A stretch of DNA of 39,706 bases from Puniceicoccaceae bacterium. Lineage in GTDB: Bacteria > Verrucomicrobiota > Verrucomicrobiia > Opitutales > Oceanipulchritudinaceae. Within the stretch, counting starts at the first letter, position 1. Each line of letters begins with the position of its first letter. The notes below the pieces were generated by a model. It made no database searches. It was not told the origin of the DNA and worked only from the letters and a program-made list of their open reading frames with translations. Made by a program: the position numbers and the translations under genes. Shown one piece after another: positions 27,452 through 36,461 of this stretch. The DNA lies in the NCBI GenBank assembly GCA_040830765.1, contig JBFOMH010000034.1, positions 1 through 39,706 of the forward strand, given 5' to 3'.

Positions 27452-28300
27452 ATGTCGGAAGCGGATTCTTCACATAGCCTCGTCCTGACCGGGAATCTCT
27501 GGTCCCTGGGCGGATATCCTGGTCCGGTGAACGAATGGACCGAGGAAGACAAGATCCGGTTCTTTGCCGGGGAGGGATTTGATGCGGTCACCATGGGGGG
27601 ACGTCCCGGATTGGGCAAATGGCTGAAGGAGGAATTTGACCTTCGCCTGTGCGGGTTTTTCCAGGCCGATACCTTGCAGGATATCGAGTCCGCCTACCTC
27701 GGGGAAGTGGAGGCTGGAGCGGAGACCATCAACAGCTTCCTCGGAACCCCCGCAGCCACCCTTGATGAAGCGGTGCGCCTGTTTGCTGAAGTGGACCGCC
27801 TGGAGCGCCTTCATGGTGTTCCCATCCATGTCGAGACCCACCGGGCGACCATGCTGGAAGTCCCGGAGTTTGCTTTGCAACTCTACCAAGCCAGCCATGC
27901 CAATACCGGCCTGTGGCCGAGATTGTGCCATGACGACAGCCATATTTCCGTGGTAAAGCACTTCTCGCTCAGCCAGCTGACGGAATTTCTCGAGTTACAC
28001 CGGAACCCCGGACTTCTCAAGCGCTCGCAGCAGATGCATTTGAGGCCGTTCAACGGGCATCATGCGCAGGTCCCCGTCCTCGACCCGGCCGGCGGGGAGA
28101 CCCGGGAATTTCTCGAGTGGATGGTGTATGCGCGGTCCGTTGTCCGGGCCTGGCAAGAGGCCCATGAGGGGGCCGCGGATTTATGGATTGTGCCCGAATT
28201 GGGACCGGTTTCCGATGGATACGCACTCAGTACCGGCCCGGATATGCTTTCCGAATTGAAGCACTGCGTCGCCCGGATAAGGGAATTATTCCGCCGCTAA
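27452..28300 (+). CDS. Sugar-phosphate isomerase/epimerase (xylose isomerase-like TIM barrel)
   Basis: AGEGFDAV, IHVETHR, LCHDDSH, MHLR...HHAQV and IVPELGP metal-site motifs; starts 14 bp after the ferritin-like gene. Confidence 0.75.
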   Translation: MSEADSSHSLVLTGNLWSLGGYPGPVNEWTEEDKIRFFAGEGFDAVTMGGRPGLGKWLKEEFDLRLCGFFQADTLQDIESAYLGEVEAGAETINSFLGTPAATLDEAVRLFAEVDRLERLHGVPIHVETHRATMLEVPEFALQLYQASHANTGLWPRLCHDDSHISVVKHFSLSQLTEFLELHRNPGLLKRSQQMHLRPFNGHHAQVPVLDPAGGETREFLEWMVYARSVVRAWQEAHEGAADLWIVPELGPVSDGYALSTGPDMLSELKHCVARIRELFRR

Positions 28301-28330
28301 GGGTAAGTTATTGGGTACGTTTTTCGGGAA

Positions 28331-28346
28331 ATTCGATATCCCGAAT
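28331..28346. promoter_or_regulatory. Palindromic operator ATTCG-N6-CGAAT
   Basis: ATTCG-ATATCC-CGAAT, starting 84 bp upstream of ATG 28415. Confidence 0.7.
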
Positions 28347-28414
28347 GTATCTTGATACCGAGGAGGGAACTTTCCTTTCCTTCCGGTTACGACATACCAA
28401 GACTGCACCCACCT

Positions 28415-31400
28415 ATGAATAAGTCCCTACTTCTTTACCTATCTGTTTTCACTTGCGTCGCTAGTTCGGCGCTGTTTGCGGCAGACCCCATTCTCGAGTA
28501 CACCTTCAACACGCCCACATTTACCTATGCAGAAGGTGCGAATGCCGGTTCCGGAGCCCTCTCCACTGGTCAGTCAGGAATGAAGATCGGTTTTCGGAAC
28601 GCCTTGGGGGGAGGCCCACCCCGCGGGCAGGGACAAACTTGGTTCCTCAGTAATGGCAGTTTCTATACCGTCGATATGGGTGGTGTTTCCGGTCTGTCCA
28701 ACGATTATGCCTTTCAGAACGATGCTCAAGACGACAACATGGGCGGGATGGTTAATTCCACCAATGCTCAGGGCGCGGCCATTGCTGAGGCGGTGGAGCC
28801 CCTGCTGTCTGGATTGGATGCGATCACGGTAACGGGATGGATCTATGTCCGAGGGACCGTGCCCTTGCAGAGTTACGCCCGCATTGTTTCGTGTATGGGG
28901 GGCGGCGGTGGCTTTGAATTGCGTCATGTGTTTGATACCCCCGGAACGCTGGAGCTTCGCCTCAACGATGGAACAGCGATTGCTCCGCAAAACCGCTTCA
29001 CGGAGACCCAGAAGTGGGTATTTTTCGCTGTCTCCTATGACAGCCTGGCCAGTGGACAGGAAGTCCGGTTCTACATCGGGGACACGGTTAGTACCGTGGA
29101 GGCGATCGTTGGTGCTGTTGCCATGGCGCAGGGACAGCTTAAGGGTGGTCTGGCCTTCACGCTCGGTAATTCCGCCGGGGGCGGCAACCGCGTTTTGCCT
29201 GCCAACTTCGACAACATCCGCGTATACGGGGAAGCCCTTTCGCTGGCAGAACTGGAGGCCGTCCGTGCCGATGACCTGCTGGAACCCATCGTCTTGCCGT
29301 TGCCCCCGACCGGACTTTCCGCCACAGTGCAAAGCTCGACGGAAGTCTACCTCGAGTGGAATGATAACAGCACGAACGAGGAATTCTTCAACCTCATCCG
29401 CACCGAGAATGGCGTCCCCACGGTCATCGAGTTGCCCGCGGACACCGTTTCCTATATGGACACCAACCTCACTCCCGAAAAGGAATACACCTACACGGTT
29501 CAGTCGGGGATTACAGCGGGCAGCTTGCCTTCGGTTGGTTCTGCCACGGTCACGACTCCTCAGATTGTTACCTCACTCAATAAAATCGTGGATCTCCGGA
29601 TCGCTGAAAAGTCCGCCACCGGAGTCACCCTGATCTGGACGGATCCCAATGCGGGGGAAGCCGGATACATCGTTGAGAAATTCAACGACGGTAATCAGAC
29701 ATGGGAATTTTGGGATGTCTTTGAGGCCAATACCGTGGAAGTTACCTTCAATGAACTGGTCAATGCGGACCTGCAACGGTTCAGGGTATTCGCCTATAAC
29801 GGAGATATTGAAGCGGATCCCGCCGTTATTGTCTTCCAGTTGCGCAACCGCGAATTCGCCCTTGGCGTTACCGAGGAAGTCGTGATCGATGAGAGCCTGG
29901 TCACGCAAACCGTCCATGTCGATCCCGTCAACGGGGACGACGCGAATGATGGGAGCACATTGGCGCTGGCCAAGAAAACCATCACCAGTGCCATCCTCGC
30001 GGCCGCTGCCAACCAGAGCAAGGGCGAGGGCACCAAGATCCTTCTCCAGCCCGGAATTTATCAGGAGGGAAGTCCGTATAACGATCTCTTTACCCAGCCG
30101 ATGATCGGCATGGGCCCCAACGCCTACCCCAACCCAATCCGGGGCAAACCCTCGATGCCGATTATCTTTGAGGGCGCCGGATGGGACGGGGATTGGGTGA
30201 ATGACGATGTCATTATCCAGGGCTCAAACCGCTACACCAACTGGACCCACCTTGGCGACAATGTCTATGAGCACGAGTGGACCATCGACTGGGGTGTCAA
30301 TGCGACCTATCCTTTTGCGGGATCCCCCATTGCCACCCGTTCCTACCACGGTGTGAATGTCCGTCCCACCGGCGATCGCTATTGGCAGATGTACTACCAC
30401 ATGGATGGTCCGGACGATCCCGCCATCCAGTATGTCGAACCTCACGAAGGTTACTTCTGGGTCGATGAGGAGGCCGACTATATCCGGGTCAAGGCGCCGG
30501 CCGGCACCGACCTGACGGATTCCACCCTGGAAGTGAATGTCAATGAACGTCACCGTCTCTTCCAGTTCTTTCAGGCCTCAGGCTCCGTCAGCAGCCAGAA
30601 AGATACGCCGATGATTTTCCGTAACATCGTCTTCCGGCATGGTTACCGCGGGCCCCTGTTGCAGAACACCGGCCGCGTGATCATTGAGGACTGCAGTTTC
30701 GAGAACACGAAGTACTTTGGTTTCACCTACAACAGTTCCTATCCGGGACTGATTGTCCGGCGCTGTGAATTCATCCGCAATGGCCACTCCGGTGGAGGCG
30801 CCGACTGCTACTGGAAGGAAGGTCCGGCCAATTACCTGTTTGAAGACAACTTCTTCTTCGAAAACGGACGCCAGGCAACGGTGCTGAAATTCCGTGGTCA
30901 CCTCGAGTCGCAGATTAAGTTGGCCTTTGTGGACGGAATGACCTTCCGCGACTTCCACATGGTAAATGGTCATGGCGTCGGGCTTTGGCTCGATACCGGA
31001 CTGGTCAATTTCGAGGCCTATAACGGGATTATCGAGGGCACTTCCTCCGCCGCCGTCTTCGTTGAAAACCACAACCGAAACAACATTGAGAACCTCGGCG
31101 ACCAGATCACCGTTTATTTGCGCGACCTCTGGATCCGCGACGGGGTCTTTGACCCCACTTGGAACAGTTGGAATACCAAGGGGGTTCAAACCGCCGAAAG
31201 TGAAAACTGGATTGCTGACAACCTCTGGATCGAGGAGCAGGAGAGGCCCTACAATTTCGCCTACAACAATCGTGGGGATATCTACCAGAACATTATCAAG
31301 AACACCGTAGCCATCCAGGAGACGACAAAACCGTTCTACTACGGTGATCCGGAGACCTGGCAGCAGGCTTTCGACACCCTGACTCCGGAATTCGGAGGGA

Positions 31401-33469
31401 ACCGCTATTACGGTGGTATGGACAATGGATTCCTCAACCGGTTAACAACGGCGGTGTCCTTTGAAGATTGGGTAGATGCTGCTAATAGCAACCCGGCACG
31501 CAATGTCAGTGGTATTGAAGAGGACAGCCTGCGCTTCCCCGATCCGGCCAGTGCCCGACCGACGCTTGGGATCTACCCGACCAGTCGTGAGATGAGCGAG
31601 GGCGACAGCCGGGACAAGGGACTTCTGCTGACCCGCCTTGGGGCACCCGTTGATGCCCCCCTGACGGTTGACCTTGTCTACTCGACCGGTGGTGGAAGCA
31701 CGGATGCCAGCGACTTTGTCTCCCTGCCCAGCCAGGTGACCATTCCCGCTGACTCCATCAGCGTTTACATACCGCTCTCCATTGTCGAGGACGGGCAACC
31801 GGAAGGACTGGAGCTGTTTGAGGTGCAGGTTATTGAGCAGGGCAACTTCGAGGTGCTGGCCGAACCGGCCCGGATTAGTGTGATCGATGCGGACACGAGT
31901 GACTTGCCGATCTTCAGGGTGCTGCCCATCGGGGACCGTATCTTTGAGAATGTTGACGCACCCTGCAATGTACGGATTCTGCGCGAGGGCATTCTCACGG
32001 GTAGCGTAACGCTTGATTTCGTGGAAGCCGGTGGTGCTCAGATGGGCGTCGACTACACCGTATCGCCAGCCTCCCTCACGTTTGGTCCAGAGGACTACGA
32101 GCAAATTGTTGAGATCCGTCCCATCAGTGACGACCAGGTTGAGGGTGTTGAATATGTACAGCTGCAGTTGACCCAGAGCAGCGGCGAGGATGTCGTCATA
32201 GCTGCTCCCAGCTCCCTCAATATTCCGATCAACGACAATGATGGCGCAGTCGCTGAGAGCGTTGCGGTCAGTTTTGCGCAGGCGCTGGACGATTCGCTTG
32301 AAGCCAGCTTCCAAATCAGCAATCCCGGCGATTCAAGCATTGTCTATTCGCTTGAGTGGCAAAAATTCACGGTGAATGCGCTGGGCAGTGAATCGCCGGA
32401 CGGTCCGGCCGCTGATGGCTATTTTGACATATCAGCAACCGGCACCAAGTCGGGTTGGTCCTGGTTCTTCCCAAATGATGACGGCTTCAGCCAGCCGATT
32501 GAATTGCCTTGGTCCTTCAACTGGTACGGGGATGATTACACGACCATCCACGCCAGCAGCAACGGGCTGATTGTCTTTGGCAATCCCTCCAACAAGTTTG
32601 CCCGCTATGCCACGCCGGTTCTGCTACCGCTCAATACAAACGACACGGTGGCTAATTCCCTCGCCGTGGCATGGGCCAACATGAAACTGGACAGCTCCTC
32701 CGGGCTCTACAGCGAGCAGGTTGGTGACACGTTCATCATACAATGGGACAACTTCCTCATCAATGGTGAACGGACCACCTTCCAAGTGCAATTTGAGGAA
32801 GGGAATACGCTCACTGCGTATTACCAGGTTTGGCCGCAAGGGCAGGACATCATGGTGGGCTATCAGGACAGCACGAAGGAGCTGGGAGGTTCAATCATTC
32901 CGCTGCAATCCCTTCCCGGCACACCCTATGCCCTCCGTTTCGACGCGGTTGTTCCGTTCCTGAACTCGGATACCACCAGTGTCCAGTTGGCCCAGGGAGA
33001 GTCGGCAACGGTGGACTTCCTTGTCACCTCGAAGGGCCTTTCGCTGGGCGAGAACACTGGCATCCTGTCCATCACTTCGGATTCAGGACCCGACTCTGAC
33101 CAGCGGTTGCCTGTCGTCGTCGACTACTCCCAAAATCCGGCGATACGCGACTTTGGTGAAGCAGTGACAGATCTCCAGGAAGGCTGGGCCCTGGTGACGG
33201 ACCTGGGCTGGATCTATACCGCCGATTGGCCCTATGTCTATCACTCCGATCTGGGCTGGCTATACAAGCTGGAGGGCCCGGGCCAGCACTACTGGCTCGC
33301 TCTTGAGTGGGATTCCGGATGGATGTACATGCCGCCTTCCTGGTATCCGTACGCTTACTTTTATGGTAATGGTTTCCTGACTAATAAATGGGGTTACCTG
33401 GTTACCTCCGTCGACACCATCTGGGTGTATGTCGTCGGAGAAGACTGGATTACGCTGCCGCGCGGCTGA
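28415..33469 (+). CDS. Large secreted modular protein: LamG-like, 2x Fn3, right-handed beta-helix, 2x Calx-beta-like, NIDO-like, Trp-rich tail
   Basis: 1684 aa from ATG 28415 (signal peptide MNKSLL...ALFA). LamG-like: ITVTGWI..., WVFFAVSYD, FDNIRVYGEALS..E. Fn3: PTGLSAT...LEWNDNSTNEE.F. Beta-helix: HVDPVNGDDANDG...KTI..A, ILLQPGIY, IEDCSFEN. Calx-beta-like: VTIPA...I.EDG.PEG.E.F. NIDO-like: DDGFSQPIELPWSFNWYG..Y.....SSNGLI.F. Confidence 0.8.
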   Translation: MNKSLLLYLSVFTCVASSALFAADPILEYTFNTPTFTYAEGANAGSGALSTGQSGMKIGFRNALGGGPPRGQGQTWFLSNGSFYTVDMGGVSGLSNDYAFQNDAQDDNMGGMVNSTNAQGAAIAEAVEPLLSGLDAITVTGWIYVRGTVPLQSYARIVSCMGGGGGFELRHVFDTPGTLELRLNDGTAIAPQNRFTETQKWVFFAVSYDSLASGQEVRFYIGDTVSTVEAIVGAVAMAQGQLKGGLAFTLGNSAGGGNRVLPANFDNIRVYGEALSLAELEAVRADDLLEPIVLPLPPTGLSATVQSSTEVYLEWNDNSTNEEFFNLIRTENGVPTVIELPADTVSYMDTNLTPEKEYTYTVQSGITAGSLPSVGSATVTTPQIVTSLNKIVDLRIAEKSATGVTLIWTDPNAGEAGYIVEKFNDGNQTWEFWDVFEANTVEVTFNELVNADLQRFRVFAYNGDIEADPAVIVFQLRNREFALGVTEEVVIDESLVTQTVHVDPVNGDDANDGSTLALAKKTITSAILAAAANQSKGEGTKILLQPGIYQEGSPYNDLFTQPMIGMGPNAYPNPIRGKPSMPIIFEGAGWDGDWVNDDVIIQGSNRYTNWTHLGDNVYEHEWTIDWGVNATYPFAGSPIATRSYHGVNVRPTGDRYWQMYYHMDGPDDPAIQYVEPHEGYFWVDEEADYIRVKAPAGTDLTDSTLEVNVNERHRLFQFFQASGSVSSQKDTPMIFRNIVFRHGYRGPLLQNTGRVIIEDCSFENTKYFGFTYNSSYPGLIVRRCEFIRNGHSGGGADCYWKEGPANYLFEDNFFFENGRQATVLKFRGHLESQIKLAFVDGMTFRDFHMVNGHGVGLWLDTGLVNFEAYNGIIEGTSSAAVFVENHNRNNIENLGDQITVYLRDLWIRDGVFDPTWNSWNTKGVQTAESENWIADNLWIEEQERPYNFAYNNRGDIYQNIIKNTVAIQETTKPFYYGDPETWQQAFDTLTPEFGGNRYYGGMDNGFLNRLTTAVSFEDWVDAANSNPARNVSGIEEDSLRFPDPASARPTLGIYPTSREMSEGDSRDKGLLLTRLGAPVDAPLTVDLVYSTGGGSTDASDFVSLPSQVTIPADSISVYIPLSIVEDGQPEGLELFEVQVIEQGNFEVLAEPARISVIDADTSDLPIFRVLPIGDRIFENVDAPCNVRILREGILTGSVTLDFVEAGGAQMGVDYTVSPASLTFGPEDYEQIVEIRPISDDQVEGVEYVQLQLTQSSGEDVVIAAPSSLNIPINDNDGAVAESVAVSFAQALDDSLEASFQISNPGDSSIVYSLEWQKFTVNALGSESPDGPAADGYFDISATGTKSGWSWFFPNDDGFSQPIELPWSFNWYGDDYTTIHASSNGLIVFGNPSNKFARYATPVLLPLNTNDTVANSLAVAWANMKLDSSSGLYSEQVGDTFIIQWDNFLINGERTTFQVQFEEGNTLTAYYQVWPQGQDIMVGYQDSTKELGGSIIPLQSLPGTPYALRFDAVVPFLNSDTTSVQLAQGESATVDFLVTSKGLSLGENTGILSITSDSGPDSDQRLPVVVDYSQNPAIRDFGEAVTDLQEGWALVTDLGWIYTADWPYVYHSDLGWLYKLEGPGQHYWLALEWDSGWMYMPPSWYPYAYFYGNGFLTNKWGYLVTSVDTIWVYVVGEDWITLPRG

Positions 33470-33522
33470 TCCTGGGATCGGGTGAATCAACAGGAACAGA
33501 AAAGTCTTCAGACTTTGGCCAT

Positions 33523-33555
33523 AAAAGAGCCCGTGTAACTCACACGGGCTCTTTT
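33523..33555. terminator. Bidirectional intrinsic terminator
   Basis: AAAAGAGCCCGTGT-aactc-ACACGGGCTCTTTT, a perfect 14 bp stem. Confidence 0.88.
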
Positions 33556-33647
33556 GTATCGGTTACCCTAACCCTTTTGAAAAAGTCCTGCTACCTTTTC
33601 AAATTTTGCTTAGTCTGTTACCTTGTTAAGGTGGGCTTTAAACTCAC

Positions 33648-34434
33648 ATGATCAGTGATGCCGTCTGGGGCTCCTGGCTGCCAAGTGAATCCCCGTTGTG
33701 AGGTGCATCTCGAGCGACGCTTTGAGGATCTCTATGCAGTGCAATTCATGAGTCGCGGATAACTGTATTTCAGTCGCGGCTCGGTGAACGGAGAACACCA
33801 AACCGGACCGCTTTTCTTCTGGACCGAACGGAACTCACTTTACCGTTATGGACCGGGGAAAACAGGCTGGTGGGATCATCACTGGGTCCACTTTCAGGGA
33901 GTACTGGGCGACCGCTTTTACTGGCCGTTGCTTGAAAAGTTGGCGCCGAGCGGCTGCATCCGTGTCATGAATGGACATGATGTGGGCCGTGCTTTCCGGA
34001 AATTGATTGATCTTATCATGGATCCATTCATCCCATGGGACTAGCCGATACATCAGATGCATAACGTGCTACATCTTTTCGAGATAGGGAGAAGTGGAAT
34101 AGAAGACGTGCTGCCACCACCGCTTTTTGAAGCCAAGAACGAGTTGGAAAAGGACCTGACTGCGGGATGCCCACTAGAGAAATTGGCCCGGAGACACGGA
34201 TTCAATTATCCAACCTTCCGGAGGTGGTTCCGGGACGCTTTTGGCTGTGCGCCTGGCCAATTCCTACGGGCACGCAGACTTGAAGCGGCGACCCGCCTGC
34301 TCATTCAATCCAGAGATACAATCCAGATGATCGGAGAGCGGGTCGGCTACGATAATCCGTCGATATCCATGAGGAACTTCAAGCAGTACAACGGGATCCC
34401 TCCGAGAGAGTACCGGGATAAATCGATCCGGTAA
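33648..34434 (+). pseudogene. AraC family regulator pseudogene
   Basis: Track ORFs 33784..34044 and 34057..34434 share one frame. That frame reads RCEVHLERRFEDLYAVQFMSRG*LYFS...WDHHWVHFQG...WD*PIHQ... into an intact AraC HTH, with in-frame TAA (33760) and TAG (34042). The nearest ATG (33648) is in another frame, implying a 5' frameshift as well. Confidence 0.8.
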
Positions 34435-34520
34435 GGGTCTGGGTAGTTGCATCACCGGTCATCAAAATGCATGTGTAACGGGATTTGCAACGAGTTCCCT
34501 TGAGCTTGGGGTTATTCCGC

Positions 34521-36458
34521 CTAGGGCTTCTTGGGAACAATACCGCTGTAATTTCCTGATGCCGTATCTTTACGCAATTCGGTGGAATCCCAGGCAAGGT
34601 CGGCCTCTGGAGCGACATTTCGCTCGCTCTCAAATTGGTTTTCTAATTCGTCCATCCTGACCCGGACCCGTTGCACATAATTCTTCTCGTCCCTGTGAAA
34701 GGCAGCATTTTCCTGTGCAGTGCTTTCATCATGCCGTGCGAATTTCCGGGCCACGCGAGAAGCTTGGTGACCGCGATAGCCTAAGCTGCGAAGGGCCTCC
34801 TCAGCCAGGTTGATCGCACTGCCAGCATGCTGGTGTATAACCGAAGCGACTCCCGCATTGATCAGTTCATATTGATGGTTACGGGAAAGCGCTCGGACGA
34901 GAACCTGCAGATTGGGAAAGTGCTTATCGACGGTCTCCAACAGTTCGGTGATCTGCTCCTCCCCGTCTATGGCGATTATCAGAAGCTTGGCCTTGGCCGC
35001 CCCGGCGGATTCCAATAAGTCATGCCGCGCCACATCACCGTAGAAGGTCTTGATCCCGATTTTGCGGAGAAATTCCACATGGTCCGGGTCGGAGTCGATG
35101 ACTGTGACCGGAATTTTCTGGGCTATCAACATGCGGGCAATGAAGTTACCGAACCGCCCGATCCCAGCAAGGATGACTGGAGCATCCTCCTCCATGGCAT
35201 CCGCTTCCTTTTCGCCGGTTTCCCTTGTGCCAAAGCGCACCCGCAGAAACTTTTCCTCGAACAGCATGATCAGGGGTGTCAGGGCCATCGTCAGGGCAAC
35301 ACTGGCAATTAATATCTGGACCAGTTCAACCCCAAGTACACCGGCGCCAAGGGAGAATCCGAGGAGGACAAAGGCGAACTCGCTTCCTTGCGCCAAGGAA
35401 AGTGAAAAGAGAAATCGCTGGTCGAGGATGAGCTTGGCCATGGTGCCGAGGGCAAAGAGGATCGCCGCTTTGACAACAATCAAGCCCACGACGATGGCAG
35501 AAATCAATCCGGGTTGACTGGCAATAAGGGAGAAGTCGATGGAGGCTCCCACAGAAATGAAGAATACTCCCAGCAGTAGACCTTTGAAGGGTTCTATGTC
35601 CGATTCAAGCTCATGCCGGTACTCGCTGTCGGCCAGAACGACCCCCGCCATAAAAGTTCCCAGGGCGGCGGAAACACCCAGACTGGTCATCAGCAAGGCA
35701 ATGCCAATGACAATAACCAGGGCCAAAGCCACAAAGGCTTCCCGGACTCCGGTCTTGGCGACTGCCCTGAGTACCGGACGCAACAGATAGCGGCCCATGA
35801 GAATAATCGCAATGACCGCTAGGATGACCAGGACTGTGTTGACCCACGCAGGCTGGTGCGAAAGCCACTCCTGTATGACATTGCCACCGCCATGACCACC
35901 GCCATGATCATTCCCGTCGACTGAGGAGGTGACTTGGATCGTGGCCAAGAGGGGCAAGAAAGCGAGCATTGGTATGACCGCGATATCCTGAAAGAGCAAG
36001 ACCGAGAAGGCGCTGCGGCCACCAGAGCTTTGGGCCTGGCCCTTTTCCTGAAGAGACTGGAGTACAATCGCCGTCGAAGACAAGGCAAGGGACATACCCA
36101 CGGCCAGAGCCATTTGCCAGCCCAGTCCGGCAATCATTCCAATCGCTGAAATTATCGCAGTGGTCATGATTACCTGACTACCTCCAAGACCAAGTATGGG
36201 CACCCGCATGCGCCAGAGTAAGGCAGGTTGCAATTCCAGACCGATAAGAAACAACATCATTACCACACCAAATTCCGCAAAGTGCATGACATCCTGTCCT
36301 TCAGAGCCCACAAAACCCAGTCCAAAAGGCCCTATGACAATCCCCGCTACAAGATAGCCAAGTACTGAGCTGAGGCCCAGCCTCTTGAATATCGAGACAC
36401 TGACTACAGCGGCAATTAAGTAGACAAAGGCGGCTAGAAATAATGATTCATTTGACAT
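34521..36458 (-). CDS. kefC: KefB/KefC-like CPA2 K+/H+ antiporter with a C-terminal KTN (TrkA-N) domain
   Basis: 645 aa multi-TM protein with LGLSSVLGYL.AG, AEFGVVMMLFLIGLEL, LLFQDIAVIP and SEYRHELESDIEPFKGLLLG; KTN domain with GIGRFG and FYGD. kefB versus kefC cannot be resolved by eye. Confidence 0.9.
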   Translation of the reverse strand: MSNESLFLAAFVYLIAAVVSVSIFKRLGLSSVLGYLVAGIVIGPFGLGFVGSEGQDVMHFAEFGVVMMLFLIGLELQPALLWRMRVPILGLGGSQVIMTTAIISAIGMIAGLGWQMALAVGMSLALSSTAIVLQSLQEKGQAQSSGGRSAFSVLLFQDIAVIPMLAFLPLLATIQVTSSVDGNDHGGGHGGGNVIQEWLSHQPAWVNTVLVILAVIAIILMGRYLLRPVLRAVAKTGVREAFVALALVIVIGIALLMTSLGVSAALGTFMAGVVLADSEYRHELESDIEPFKGLLLGVFFISVGASIDFSLIASQPGLISAIVVGLIVVKAAILFALGTMAKLILDQRFLFSLSLAQGSEFAFVLLGFSLGAGVLGVELVQILIASVALTMALTPLIMLFEEKFLRVRFGTRETGEKEADAMEEDAPVILAGIGRFGNFIARMLIAQKIPVTVIDSDPDHVEFLRKIGIKTFYGDVARHDLLESAGAAKAKLLIIAIDGEEQITELLETVDKHFPNLQVLVRALSRNHQYELINAGVASVIHQHAGSAINLAEEALRSLGYRGHQASRVARKFARHDESTAQENAAFHRDEKNYVQRVRVRMDELENQFESERNVAPEADLAWDSTELRKDTASGNYSGIVPKKP

Positions 36459-36461
36459 TGC

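Noticed and set aside
33760..34044. Possible stop-codon read-through or recoding in the split AraC
   Set aside because: Two different stops (TAA and TAG) plus a frameshift are present, and intact genes in the window terminate at TAG and TAA normally, so decay is the simpler explanation.
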